NCBI GenBank assembly: GCA_040220235.1
Contig: JAVJTO010000071.1
DNA from: Coleofasciculus sp. B1-GNL1-01
GTDB taxonomy: Bacteria; Cyanobacteriota; Cyanobacteriia; Cyanobacteriales; Coleofasciculaceae
Length of the DNA stretch: 64,000 bases
Strand: one strand, 5' to 3'
Position numbers and translations under genes: made by a program
Shown: one piece after another, positions 20,601-32,000 of the stretch
Position numbering within the stretch: the stretch's first letter is position 1
Layout: each line of letters starts with the position of its first letter
The notes under the pieces: model-generated
Told to the model about the DNA's origin: nothing
What the model saw: only the letters and a program-made list of their open reading frames with translations
The model's database searches: none

Positions 20601-21719
20601 ATGATAGATCATCAGCAAAGCTCTCTAGATCTTTCAAGTTCTGAGAAAATCAAGAAGGTTCTTCAGGAAACCCTTGCCACTATAGAACCGTTTGAACAAT
20701 GTGCGTTACTCGATTATCCTGACTATCTCAATATCGGAGATCATCTAATTTGGCTGGGAACTGTATTCTATCTCAAGAAAATCCTTAAAACGCAGATTAA
20801 GTATACAGCGACCGTGAAAAACTTTTCTGAAACCGAAATGCTTCAGAAAATCGGTGATGCTCCTATTTTGTTTCAGGGGGGAGGAAATTTAGGCGATTTG
20901 TGGCCCGAATTGCAAGAATTTCGTGAGCGCGTAATTGCTAAACATCATAGTCAACCGATTATTATTTTACCCCAAACTATTTATTTTGAAGATCAGAACA
21001 AACTAAACCAAGCCGCCGAAATTTTTAATGCTCATCCAAATTTGACTATTTTTGCCCGAGAGAACTACAGTTATGAAACTGCCTGCCACTATTTTTCTAA
21101 CTGTAAGGTGCTAAAAGCTCCTGATATGGCATTTAATCTTGTCAATATGCCAGGATTATCATTTTCGGTCAGTCAGGATAATTCTATTTTGTATCATTGT
21201 CGGAGGGATTGTCGGAATTTTGCCCAAGAGTTAACGGAGCTAAACAACCTAGTCGTAGAAGACTGGGTATCCTATCAATGGCTGCAGAGGGATAGTCTCA
21301 AAAACCCAGAAGCCTGGTATTGGAAAATTCCCGGTTTAGTTCGATTGATTCGGGAAGGCTGGCAACGAGGTTTAACCAGTCCTGGGGAATGGATATCCCG
21401 TCAACGTTGGCATACGAATCATCCTTACATCGATAAATTATCCTCTATTGACGAGCCATCCTTATTTTACAAGTCTTGGGATTTAATGCATAGCGGCATC
21501 TATCAATTAAAGCAATATCCTTGGCTGATTACGAACCGAATGCATGGACATATTCTTTCTATTCTTCTAGGAATCCCTCATCTGTTTTTACCGGGAACTT
21601 ATCACAAAAATAAGTCCTTTTATACAACCTGGACTTATCAACTACCCTTTTGCCAATTTTTTGAGGATAATTCTCAAGCTAAAGCCTATATTTATCAGAG
21701 ATTAAATAAACAAAATTAA
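20601..21719 (+). CDS. Polysaccharide pyruvyl transferase family protein (EpsI-like)
   Basis: NIGDHLIW, QGGGNLGDLW, LPQTIYF, APDMAF and TNRMHGHI motifs. Confidence 0.9.
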   Translation: MIDHQQSSLDLSSSEKIKKVLQETLATIEPFEQCALLDYPDYLNIGDHLIWLGTVFYLKKILKTQIKYTATVKNFSETEMLQKIGDAPILFQGGGNLGDLWPELQEFRERVIAKHHSQPIIILPQTIYFEDQNKLNQAAEIFNAHPNLTIFARENYSYETACHYFSNCKVLKAPDMAFNLVNMPGLSFSVSQDNSILYHCRRDCRNFAQELTELNNLVVEDWVSYQWLQRDSLKNPEAWYWKIPGLVRLIREGWQRGLTSPGEWISRQRWHTNHPYIDKLSSIDEPSLFYKSWDLMHSGIYQLKQYPWLITNRMHGHILSILLGIPHLFLPGTYHKNKSFYTTWTYQLPFCQFFEDNSQAKAYIYQRLNKQN

Positions 21720-21725
21720 AATAAC

Positions 21726-22670
21726 ATGAATCCAATAATATCTGTTATTTTACCCGTTTATAATGGCGAAAAGACGATTAAAGAAACAGTACGCTCTGTT
21801 CTCAGTCAAACATTTTCAGAGTTTGAGTTAATTATAATTAACGACGGTTCTGCCGATTCTACAGTAGACATTGTTTCCAGTATTGAGGATGAGCGAATCC
21901 AGGTATTTTCATATCCAAATGCCGGACAGCCAGCTAGTCGTAATCGGGGGATTGCTAAAGCGCAGGGTGACTATATTGCCTTCATTGATGCCGATGACCT
22001 TTGGACAGCCGATAAGTTAGAGGCGCAGTACAAAGCCTTGCAAGACAATCCCCAAGCTGCCCTAGCTTACAGTTGGACAGATTGGATTGATGAATCAGGA
22101 GAGTTGTTAAAACGGGGTAGCTACATTACAGAGAGTGGAGATGTATTGAGTAAGCTACTCTTGAATGATTTTGTGGCGAATGGCTCTAATCCATTGATTC
22201 GACGGCAGGCTTTACTCGAAGTCGGTGGATTTGATGAATCCCTCAGCAATGCCCATGACTGGGATATGTGGCTGCGATTAGCGGTTAGGTATCCCTTTGT
22301 CGCCGTGGCATCACCCCAGGTGTTATATCGTAAATCGACGAGTTCCATGTCGGCTAATATTTGGGGGATGGAACGCTCCAGTATCCAAGTGATTGAAAAG
22401 GCATTGAATCAAGCCCCGGCTTCCCTGCAAAATCTCAAACCAGGGATTCTGGGAAATCGCTACAAATACTTGACGTATAGAGCCCTTGAATGGCCCCTAG
22501 AACGCAAAAAAGGTTTTGCCGCACTTAAGTTTCTCACCACAGCTATTCGATATGACCCATCCTTACTGCTGCGATTTAAACTCATCGTGATCGTTTTAAC
22601 TAAGATTGGCATGGCTATTCTCATACCGTCTCACCTAAGTCGGGGCGCAAAAATGAAAATTGGCGGTTAA
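21726..22670 (+). CDS. GT2 glycosyltransferase
   Basis: ISVILPVYN, INDGS.D and FIDADDLW motifs. Confidence 0.93.
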   Translation: MNPIISVILPVYNGEKTIKETVRSVLSQTFSEFELIIINDGSADSTVDIVSSIEDERIQVFSYPNAGQPASRNRGIAKAQGDYIAFIDADDLWTADKLEAQYKALQDNPQAALAYSWTDWIDESGELLKRGSYITESGDVLSKLLLNDFVANGSNPLIRRQALLEVGGFDESLSNAHDWDMWLRLAVRYPFVAVASPQVLYRKSTSSMSANIWGMERSSIQVIEKALNQAPASLQNLKPGILGNRYKYLTYRALEWPLERKKGFAALKFLTTAIRYDPSLLLRFKLIVIVLTKIGMAILIPSHLSRGAKMKIGG

Positions 22671-22808
22671 GTCCGGTCAATTAAACAGGGGTTCCCGTTC
22701 GGGATAAATTATCCAGTACCATTCGACATCCACGTCAATCAACTTTATAGTTGAATGGATTAAGAGAAAATCGGTAACGTTAAATTTTATCCAGATAAAA
22801 ACTTAATT

Positions 22809-24614
22809 ATGGCTAACTTTGTGGCAATTGTAGATCCCAATAGTGAACGACGATCGCACTATATCAAAACCATTCAACCCCTATTGCCACCTGTCGCCGG
22901 ATTGATCAGCAATTCCTGTGCAGTAGAGAACTTTGAAGCCATCTGGGCAGCTAATCCGAATGCTCCCATCAGTTGCGTCGCAGATACCGAGGGAACAGCC
23001 GTGGTGTGGGGAGAAGCAATAGCTACCCATCAATCAGAACCCCTGAGTGCGCCCCATCTGCTCAAGCTATGGAAAGACTCACAGACTCACAGTTTTCCTC
23101 CCTTTGACGGCTTTTATGCCGCGATCGCATATCATCCTAATTGGGGACTCTCGGTTGCCGCCGATTTGCTCGGTTTGTTCCCGGTGTACTACTACACCCA
23201 TGGAGACATCGCCCTGATTGGTTCGAGTCCAGAACTGTTTCGCTATCATCCCCTGTTTACTGCCCAATTTAATCCTCGGGGCTTAGTCGGAATTCTGCTC
23301 ACCAATGGCACGTTTGAGGGTCAAACCCTGTGGCAGGATGTTTATCGACTCGCTGCTGGATATTGTCTCAAGTGGCAACCCCATCAGAAAGCCCAAGAGA
23401 TTCAACAATATCAAATTCCCCAGCCTAACTCCCATAAAAATTATCAGACGCTTTCGTTTGATCAGCAACTCGATGTCTTAGAGCAAGCCATTGACCAAGC
23501 CCTCACTCGCCAAGCCCCCGCCACAGCACGCCATGCTCTACTCCTCTCCGGAGGACTCGATTCTCGCACCTTGGCTGGATTGCTACACCGTCGAGGCGTT
23601 GAGACAGTGGCTTTGTCCCTCGGTGTCAACGCAGATATCGATATGCAATGTGCCAAGGCTGTTGCTCGTACCCTGGGTATGGAACATCATCACCTAACCA
23701 TTCCCAGTGACCAGTATCCAGGGTACGCGGACTTACTGGTCAAGTGGGAGCATTTGGTAAATGGGTTTAACTGGGTAATGGATTGGGGGATTTACTCCTA
23801 TTTGCAGAATCTCGCGCCGCGAATCGTTGGCGGTCATTCCCTCGGACCGATTTTAGGGATAAAAGTGGCGTACTCGCTGCCGAATCAACCTTTATCATTT
23901 GATACATTTTTTGGCGGAGGGGTGAATCGGTGGGGATTCTCGCCGCCATTTCTCGAACAACTCTTACGCAAAGAGGTATTTGGGGATCTCGTCAACGAAA
24001 CCATTGCTCGCATCCGCACCACCTATGAAAGCTATGCCGAGGATGAGTTTCGACGCGCCTGGTGGTTTGATCTGTACCATCGGCAACGGTTTCACATCGG
24101 CTGTTCCGGGTGGCAACTCAGCTTTGGGGCGTGGCCCGTTTTTCCGTTTTTGGATTGGCAGGTTCTGGAAACCACTGGCACCTTACCCGTTCAAACCATC
24201 GGTAAGCGGCGGGGTGAGAATGAATTACTGCGGACTCGATTTCCCCAACTGGCTCAGTTACCCTTGGATCAGAAGAATTTTAATGTGGAACCATTGCAAC
24301 CGAGTCCCTGGCGTCAGCAGCTAGCCCCCTGGTTTGGATTGCAGCGCAAGTGGCGCAGATGGTTACACAAACAGGGGATTGAGCGGCGCTATTATTATCG
24401 CATCTATAACATTAATGATGCCGGATGGCGACAGGTGCGTCGTCAGGCAGAACCCTACCGGGAGCAAGTGGGGCATCTGTTCCATCTGGATGTTCTCAAT
24501 CAGGTGTTGCCCCCACCAGAGGCATCGATACAGTTTAAGGCGGATTCGATTATGGAAGCCTCTGGTCTCAAGCTATTACTAGGATTTTTGTTGTGGTCTA
24601 AGGATCATCTGTAA
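22809..24614 (+). CDS. Asparagine-synthetase-like ATP-dependent amide ligase
   Basis: Ntn-like N-domain (DLLG..PVYY), LLLSGGLDSR PP-loop and PFLD motif; no N-terminal Cys. Confidence 0.85.
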   Translation: MANFVAIVDPNSERRSHYIKTIQPLLPPVAGLISNSCAVENFEAIWAANPNAPISCVADTEGTAVVWGEAIATHQSEPLSAPHLLKLWKDSQTHSFPPFDGFYAAIAYHPNWGLSVAADLLGLFPVYYYTHGDIALIGSSPELFRYHPLFTAQFNPRGLVGILLTNGTFEGQTLWQDVYRLAAGYCLKWQPHQKAQEIQQYQIPQPNSHKNYQTLSFDQQLDVLEQAIDQALTRQAPATARHALLLSGGLDSRTLAGLLHRRGVETVALSLGVNADIDMQCAKAVARTLGMEHHHLTIPSDQYPGYADLLVKWEHLVNGFNWVMDWGIYSYLQNLAPRIVGGHSLGPILGIKVAYSLPNQPLSFDTFFGGGVNRWGFSPPFLEQLLRKEVFGDLVNETIARIRTTYESYAEDEFRRAWWFDLYHRQRFHIGCSGWQLSFGAWPVFPFLDWQVLETTGTLPVQTIGKRRGENELLRTRFPQLAQLPLDQKNFNVEPLQPSPWRQQLAPWFGLQRKWRRWLHKQGIERRYYYRIYNINDAGWRQVRRQAEPYREQVGHLFHLDVLNQVLPPPEASIQFKADSIMEASGLKLLLGFLLWSKDHL

Positions 24615-24619
24615 CTGAG

Positions 24620-25804
24620 ATGGCTCAAATTCATCTGTGGCCCGAAGAAACGATGACCGTTGATGGTTCGACAACGGTGAGTGTGACGCTTGAACAGCCG
24701 GAGGGGGAGCGAACTCGGTTATGGTATCGTCTCCCGGTGGAGTATGGTTCCTCTATTACCCCGAGTTGTGATCCCTTTGTCGTAGCAACCTTGATGCTGG
24801 CGATGCGCCAGTCAGCGGATGTGGTGGTTCATGGTCAGGTGTCACCGTCTCTACTCCGTAATTTGATGGAGTTTCAGGCGGCGTGGGTATGCTGGCGTCC
24901 CCACCGTTACCATTTGATTGAACTGACGGCTGAGGTGGAGCAAGAGTTAACGCCGACTGAGGATGCCACCCGTACCCTGGTTGCTTTTTCTGGGGGTGTG
25001 GATAGTTGTTTTACTCTATTTCGGCATCGGACGGGACGTTGTGGTCGGCTACAGCGCAATGTACAAGGGGGGTTAATGGTGGTGAACTGGTATGAGCATA
25101 ACCAAAAACCCCAGGCACAACTTGACCGTGCGGCTCAAAAGTCCCAGCAAATGTTGGAGAGTTTGGGGGTGCCATTGATTCCCATGGCAACCAATTTCCG
25201 GGATTTTCCCCAGGATTGGGAAGAAACCCATGGAACAGCAATTGCCTCGTGTTTGATGCTGTTGCAAGGCGGATATGGCGGGGGGTTAATTGCTAGTACC
25301 GAACCCTATCAAGCGCTGATTCCTTGGGGGTCTAATCCGGTGACCGATCATTTATTATCGAGTCATTCGTTCCAACTGATTCATGATGGTGCTGCCTTTA
25401 CCCGGATTCAAAAAGTTGCCCAAATTGGGGATTGGTCTGAGGCATTACGAGGGTTACAGGTGTGCTGGCAAGGTCAAGATAAAGACCGCAACTGTGGGCG
25501 TTGTGAGAAATGTGTGAGAACTATCTTGAATTTCCGGGTGGTTGGTTTGAGTTTACCGGAGTGCTTTGAGCAAGATGTTACCGATAGGGCGATTTTAAGG
25601 TTGAGGGGATTGAATCCGCTTCAGATTGCCGAGTTAGAACAAATTTTGCGAACGGCTCAAGGGAAATCGATTTCCGCATCATGGGTGGATGCCTTGAGTC
25701 AATGTATCCAGACGAATAAACGGCTCAGACGATTGAATCAGGTGAAGGATGCCGTTAAAGGCGCTCTGTCTAACTCCATGAAAATGCATCGAGGAAAACG
25801 GTAA
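24620..25804 (+). CDS. Uncharacterised PP-loop protein with QueC-like Cys cluster
   Basis: VAFSGGVDS and C-x9-CGRCEKC motifs. Confidence 0.75.
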   Translation: MAQIHLWPEETMTVDGSTTVSVTLEQPEGERTRLWYRLPVEYGSSITPSCDPFVVATLMLAMRQSADVVVHGQVSPSLLRNLMEFQAAWVCWRPHRYHLIELTAEVEQELTPTEDATRTLVAFSGGVDSCFTLFRHRTGRCGRLQRNVQGGLMVVNWYEHNQKPQAQLDRAAQKSQQMLESLGVPLIPMATNFRDFPQDWEETHGTAIASCLMLLQGGYGGGLIASTEPYQALIPWGSNPVTDHLLSSHSFQLIHDGAAFTRIQKVAQIGDWSEALRGLQVCWQGQDKDRNCGRCEKCVRTILNFRVVGLSLPECFEQDVTDRAILRLRGLNPLQIAELEQILRTAQGKSISASWVDALSQCIQTNKRLRRLNQVKDAVKGALSNSMKMHRGKR

Positions 25805-25843
25805 TCAAAACGTTCAAACAAAACGCTTTAGTTAACCCGATGA

Positions 25844-27127
25844 ATGGTACAATCTACCCCAAAGAATCATAACTATGGGTGTATGAAATTAGAATCCATC
25901 ATCAAACTGCTTTCGGAGCAAGAGTTTGTTGAGATTCTCAGGCGAATTAAAAATGATGATCGGCAACAGGAAGCCTGTCAACTTATCCGTTATTGGGAAC
26001 TTAGCGTGGCTGATGTGATCCGACTGCGGGCAAAAGATGTAACAGTGGAGGGCATCCAACTTCCTCAAAGGTTTATTAACTGGAGTGAAATACCAGCTCA
26101 GACAGCCCCCTTACGATTGAAACTGTTAGAATTCGCTCAAATGGCGGATCTAGAGGAACGCCTATTTGAAACCAGAAAACCTGTTTTAGAAGGAGTTTGG
26201 GATTTAGAACATCGCTTTTTACAGGGGTGGAAAGACTGGCAGACCTATCAGGACTTGGCTGAGCTAGATATCTCGGCTCGATTACCTAATTTTTTAGTTT
26301 TGGGAACACCTAAATCGGCAACGACTTGGCTGCATAGTTGTTTAAGGGTTCATCCAGAAATTTTTGTCCCGGCAAAGAAAGAGTTAGAATTTTGGGGAAC
26401 TCATCACTATTATCGGGGAATCAATTGGTATAAGAGGCATTTTGTCGATTGGCATGATCAGAAAAAAGGTGGCGAGGTTTCTGTGAGTTACTTTGCTTCA
26501 CCAAATGCACCTGAACAAATCTCGAAGCAGTTGGATTGGGAGCGGGGATCGTTGAAGTTGATCGTTATTCTCCGAGAACCTTTGAGTCGGGCGTTATCTT
26601 GTTATGCCCATTGGGTGTTGAATGGTGAGGCACCGAGAACGTTTGAGGAAGCGCTAAAGATTGGTTTTTTTCGCAAGCAATTATGTCATAATTTACATTA
26701 TTCCCGTCATTATGAACGTTATCTTAAGTTTTTTTCGGCTGAGCAGATCTTAATTGTTTTGTTTGATGATATTAAGAAAAATCCCCTAGGGGTACTCAGG
26801 CGTGTGTTTGATTTCCTAGAGGTTCAGTCAGATTATTATCATCCTGTCTTTGCTAAAAAAATCAATATTGGATGCTCTGTCAAAAATCTGACGTTACACT
26901 ATTGGCTACATCATACTGGGGTTTTCTGTCAGCATACCTTACCAGAACAAATGGGTGATACGGCAACAACTATTCTGAAGAAAATTAATCAGCGAGTTAA
27001 TGTATCGCCAACGAAGTTTAAGCCGATAATTGATCAGGAACTTTATCAGCAACTCAAGCAGGAATTTCGTCCGAGCAACCAGCGACTGGCAGAGCTGACG
27101 GGACTTGATTTATCGGCGTGGAACTGA
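25844..27127 (+). CDS. PAPS-dependent sulfotransferase with extra N-terminal domain
   Basis: PNFLVLGTPKSATT (5'-PSB) and LREPLSRALS (3'-PB) motifs. Confidence 0.88.
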   Translation: MVQSTPKNHNYGCMKLESIIKLLSEQEFVEILRRIKNDDRQQEACQLIRYWELSVADVIRLRAKDVTVEGIQLPQRFINWSEIPAQTAPLRLKLLEFAQMADLEERLFETRKPVLEGVWDLEHRFLQGWKDWQTYQDLAELDISARLPNFLVLGTPKSATTWLHSCLRVHPEIFVPAKKELEFWGTHHYYRGINWYKRHFVDWHDQKKGGEVSVSYFASPNAPEQISKQLDWERGSLKLIVILREPLSRALSCYAHWVLNGEAPRTFEEALKIGFFRKQLCHNLHYSRHYERYLKFFSAEQILIVLFDDIKKNPLGVLRRVFDFLEVQSDYYHPVFAKKINIGCSVKNLTLHYWLHHTGVFCQHTLPEQMGDTATTILKKINQRVNVSPTKFKPIIDQELYQQLKQEFRPSNQRLAELTGLDLSAWN

Positions 27128-27185
27128 TGCTTTGATAGCAGGATCAGGAAAAACTGTAGGGCGTCGGGTTGGCAGTGCGTTCCAT

Positions 27186-27974
27186 TTAACCTTGGTTTTC
27201 ATCGGCTAAAAATTCGGCGTAGGGGGTTTGATTAATGCTGTGGACAATTTCGTCATAGTTTTGAATATAATGAGAGAGAGGTAAGGCGGTGGTTCTTTTA
27301 AAGTGGGTTTTTACCGATACAGAGTCTATGCCTAAATAGTCAAAAATCTGATTAAGCGTGGTTTGATGATTTTCTGGGTTGAGCAGATCAGATTCGTACA
27401 CTAAGGGGAGGTGAGGTAGGTCGGTTAATAGGTCTTTTTCTAGATTTAAATAGTTTAAGCGTCGTTCTATTTCTTTAATCAATTTTTCTGGGTTAATGTA
27501 AATTTTTTTGAGGTCAACGGTTTGACGAGATGTCAAATGCCATGCATTTCTCCGGTTAATAGCAATTAACATGGAAAGGGATTGTCGAAGAGCATTTAAG
27601 CGTTTTAAATAAATGATTTTCCATTCTTGGTTGTGTAACTGGGTCAAAAAGCTGTGGGGATCGATTTTCTGATCATCAGTAAGCTGATAAATTTTAACTT
27701 TAAACCCGTAGGTATTTTCCTGAATGCGGGCGGCTCTTCCTTGGACATACTGTAGGGGAAATAATACTCGTATTTTCCTCAGGATTTCGGTGTCACAGTG
27801 AATCGAAGGATGAGTGTTAATTAAATCACAGAGCAGTTGAGAGCCACTTCTTCCTTGGGCAAAGATGACAAATTTATTAGTTGGGAGAGTTGTTGGTAAG
27901 GCGGATAACAGATAAGCATATACTTCGCGGGTTTTTATGTGAACGAATAACTGCATGAATTCTGTATGATTCAT
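27186..27974 (-). CDS. Stf0-like sulfotransferase
   Basis: FAQGRSGSQLL, YLKR.N.LRQ.LS and YE.DL motifs; start set at MNHTEF. Confidence 0.8.
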   Translation of the reverse strand: MNHTEFMQLFVHIKTREVYAYLLSALPTTLPTNKFVIFAQGRSGSQLLCDLINTHPSIHCDTEILRKIRVLFPLQYVQGRAARIQENTYGFKVKIYQLTDDQKIDPHSFLTQLHNQEWKIIYLKRLNALRQSLSMLIAINRRNAWHLTSRQTVDLKKIYINPEKLIKEIERRLNYLNLEKDLLTDLPHLPLVYESDLLNPENHQTTLNQIFDYLGIDSVSVKTHFKRTTALPLSHYIQNYDEIVHSINQTPYAEFLADENQG

Positions 27975-28003
27975 TCCCTGTTCCCTGTTCCCTAATCTCA
28001 ACC

Positions 28004-28057
28004 GTGCGTTACGCTACGCTAACACACCCTACAAATAAAGCCTTTGCGTAAGTCCTA
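28004..28057. repeat. MITE/REP remnant ending GCGTAAGTCCTA
   Basis: Near-identical to 28591-28645; the two copies flank rpmB in direct orientation. Confidence 0.75.
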
Positions 28058-28184
28058 TAATGTTGACGGAATAAAAAAAATATGGTAAAGCGCGTCCGTG
28101 TAATTAGTGCCTAAAGGACAAAGACCAAACGACCAGGAACTAGCAAGATATGATAGAGAGCGGACTATAATTAGAGGATTAACC

Positions 28185-28421
28185 ATGTCACGCAAATGCC
28201 AGCTAACGGGTAAGAAGGCAAATAACGCTTATGCTATCTCCCACTCCCACCGCCGGACGAAGAAGCTACAGCAAGCCAACCTACAATCGAAGCGAGTCTG
28301 GTGGCAAGAAGGAAATCGCTGGGTGAAGTTGAAACTATCGACCAAAGCGATTAAAACCCTGGAGAAGAAAGGATTGCAAGCAATGGCGAAAGAAGCTGGG
28401 ATTAATCTTCATCATTTCTAA
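28185..28421 (+). CDS. rpmB: 50S ribosomal protein L28
   Basis: [38 protein letters not shown] upstream of ATG 28185. Confidence 0.98.
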   Translation: MSRKCQLTGKKANNAYAISHSHRRTKKLQQANLQSKRVWWQEGNRWVKLKLSTKAIKTLEKKGLQAMAKEAGINLHHF

Positions 28422-28573
28422 TCAGCCGATCCTACCCTTGGGAGGGAACAAGAGTAGTGCCGTGACCAAACTAAAGTAGGACTTTGTTTGTAGTGAGAAC
28501 TTTAGTTCTCTAATCCCTAGCTGGAGAGGGCTAAGGTTCCCTCTCTACGAACTCTCGATCACAGTTCATCAAA

Positions 28574-28645
28574 ACTTACGCAGTGGCAAAGGTGGGTTAC
28601 GCTACGCTAACACACCCTACACATAGAGCCTTGGCGTAAGTCCTA
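28574..28645. repeat. MITE/REP copy (ACTTACGC...GCGTAAGTCCTA)
   Basis: Terminal inverted ACTTACGC/GCGTAAGT. Confidence 0.7.
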
Positions 28646-29010
28646 TTCATGTCCTCAGCTAGGTGTTGACGAGTGAAGGCTGTCTGCGGCTACAGGTGGA
28701 GACTGAATTTAACTCAGGGGTGATCAGTTTCTTTGTCAAACTGGGTAGGATAGATGTAGGAGTCTGTGACGAGGTTGAGAGCAAAGACGCAGACCGAAAA
28801 AGAAGGATGTTTTCCTTGCCTTACGTCTCCCTTGACGCTCTCTAGCTCAGTGGCAGATCCCTCTCTAGGTGTAAGCTTTTCCCTGTGAAAATTGATTAAA
28901 GTCTAAGCAGAGTCTAACGAACCGAAGTCCAATTCAAGGCTGAGTAGCGACTGGTGTATAGGTCGCTAGTCGATTTCTAACCTAATCCGCAGTTTGCCAG
29001 GAAACTGACC

Positions 29011-32000
29011 ATGTCACGCCGTAAAACGCCTTTTAAGGTAATCCAATCCATCTGCCACAACGCTTTTAAGTTAGCCCAAACCTTAAGAAGGCGGGTGATG
29101 CAGTGGATTCTCCGAGCTTGGGTTACAGGGAGTCGTCGTCCGTCTAATCTAGCCAAATCAGGATTTATTTTACCCACGGTGACGATGGTGATGTTGGTCG
29201 TCATTTTATTGACCACCGCTATTATGTTGCGTTCTTTTGACCGGACGAAGAATGCAAGCAACTACCGCGTGAATGAGGTGGTTTTGAATGCTGCAACTCC
29301 AGCATTAGATCGAGCGAAAGCCAAAATAGCTCGACTCTTTTCTGAGGAAGAGACGGATTTGCAAGGGACAACCCCCCCCGATACAAACATCCACGCGGTT
29401 TTAAGTGAATCCCGCTATACCTTTGGCGATGAAACCCAGTTGAGATTAGTAGCTGATTTTACGGGGACGGATAATACAGAAACGTCTGGGGATAACACGA
29501 TTCAGGACAGTGAACGACTAGATACGGCATGGAAGTTTCCTGTTGATACGGATAATAATGGCAAGTTTGATAGTTATACCCTGTATGGCATCTACTTTAG
29601 GGTTCCTCCAGTCGATTCTGCGGGGAAAACAGAGAGAGCCAGAGGTGCTACCGAAGCGAGAGCCTTACCCATGGACACCGGAACATTGCAGGGATGTTCA
29701 GCGCTTCCAAGTGCAGGTGGGTGGTTTGAAACTGGCGGGAAGTTGAAAAAAGCCTTTTTTGTGTATGTGGCGACGGTGCCAATTAAGCAAGACGATCTTG
29801 TGGATCTAGGGCTAGATAATGACACTAAATATGAAGCCTACACCGGAAACCAAGGCTTTTCTGCCCTAGAAATGCAGCAAGACCAAGCGCGGTTGTCCCT
29901 AGATAATAATGCTGTTTGGTTCAACGATGATGTGGAGGTTACGAATACAGAAGTCTTTCGTGTCAATGGTCGGATTCATACGAATGCTAATTTGCTAGTT
30001 AGAGGAGTTGAATTTAGTGACCCAGAAGCAGGAGTACGTTTTTATCAAGTTAGCAGTCGGGCATCCTGTTTTTACGATCCAGAAAACGCCAAAATGATAG
30101 TCGCGGGAAATGTCACCAATGGGGGAATTCGACAAACTAGTACTAGCCTGAGTGGGAATGACATACCTGTAGACATTGATTTATTCCAAGGGACACAACT
30201 AGGAAATACTACAGGCGACGAGATTAAAGAAACAGATATTAGTGGAACTGTTGGTGTTCTTGAGTCTAAAGGGACAGTTAACGAAGCAGGTAGCAAGGTA
30301 GCGTCCAACAATGCCGCATTTGATAATCGCATTGATTTAATGGTTCAAGCCGCTCTGGCGCTGCATCCTGATCCTGATGAGGATGCTGATCCTAGCTCAG
30401 TGGCAGGTGTGAGTCGATATGGAGACGAAATCAGTGAAGAGTTTAACGATAAGTACGATGCAGCCGCTCGCGACCCAGACTTGCTCGAAAAAGTTCTCAC
30501 CACGTACTTTAAACGGCGCACTCGTCGCGTGTCCTATGCTGAAGTTAACTATGAACCACCTGATGACGGTCTGGGAAGTTATACAGTAGCGAATGTGCTG
30601 GGTAGCACTAATCCAATTCGACCGCCGGATGCGTGGATGCAGATAGATAGCAGCAACACGAAGTTGGATTTTATTACTAGCGGGAGCACAATGGAGCTGA
30701 AAAAGACGAACCCCGCCTTGATTAACTCGGATGGGTTTGAAGAACTGCTCGGCGATCGCATTCTCGTGGGTAATAATTTACCCTACCGTTGGTTGAAAAG
30801 TGATGGTACATTGGCAGAGCCAAAAGAAGAACAACCCATAATCGGTGTGAATTGGAATAAACCCGATGGCACGGCGGACACAGAACAACGGGAACGAGTC
30901 AGCCGGATTGAAGAACTGGCGGATTTAGGAGATACGACTCGCAATGGCTTCTGGGAAAAAGCCGCCGCGAAAACCACCCAACAATTTGGCGATGAAGATT
31001 TAGCGGGTGGCTTGCGGGTGATTACTGGCGCGGGAATCTATATTGATGGTACGGCAGCGGCTGGTGGAACAGGTACAGGACAACGATTGGGAGCGGGGGT
31101 AGTTGCCGAACCGGGGGGAATAGGCTCATTCTTGCCATCTCCCCCACCTGTTACTGGAGTCGATACATTTACCTATAGTGGCACGACGTATGACCCCAAT
31201 GATGCGACTCAGAACTTAGTGGTTTGGCCCGACACGATGCCAATGTCTGGGTGGAACGATGTCAATGGTAATGGTGTAATCGATGCAAACGAACAAGCCA
31301 AAGGCGACCTGCAAATGAGAACCACCGTGGTTTATCACTATGCTGATAGCTCAGGAAACGATCAGTTACCGTTAGCCTGCATCGCGACCTACTACGACCC
31401 GACTAATCAAACGACGGCTGTAAACACTGGAAGTGATCCACGCTTCTCACTCAATGGTGTCAGTTTTCCTGCAAACAGCACGGCTGATCGATCCACCCTG
31501 ATTACTAACCGTTTAGCTCGGCAAGCCAGCATGGTTTTCCCAAATGGGCGATTTGTTAACGAACCGCTACGCACGGCACTAGAACATGATGCTAGTGGCG
31601 AACCCCTAACACTTGCAGATAATGCCGCGATTGATGCAGCAGTTTGTGCCTTGGATATTGTAGATGATATTGCTGCGGATGGTGCGATCGGTACGAGTAC
31701 AACCAGTGTTTTTGATGATGATGATGCTGACGGTATTCCAGCAATTCGCGAGAAGTCTTTTCTAGATGCCAGACAGGTTAAGGCGCTTCACAAGCTAAAT
31801 TCTGGAAGTACAGTTCTGGCAGATATCAACGCTCCTACTCAACTACAAATTGCGCAAACGCCAGCTAACTTAACCACCCAGTACGACTTAGCAATTGAAG
31901 AACGTCAACCCTTAGAAATTCGGGTGACCGAAATCAATCTGGATGAAATTCGCACAGATACGATTGGGAGTGATAAATTACTCCCCTATACTGGCATTAT

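Noticed and set aside
22809..24614. Lasso-peptide cyclase interpretation
   Set aside because: No precursor, PqqD/RRE or transglutaminase-like protease nearby; the context is glycan biosynthesis.
24620..25804. Calling this queC or a 7-deazaguanine DNA-modification gene
   Set aside because: Too long for QueC, and no queD/queE/folE/dpdA in the window.
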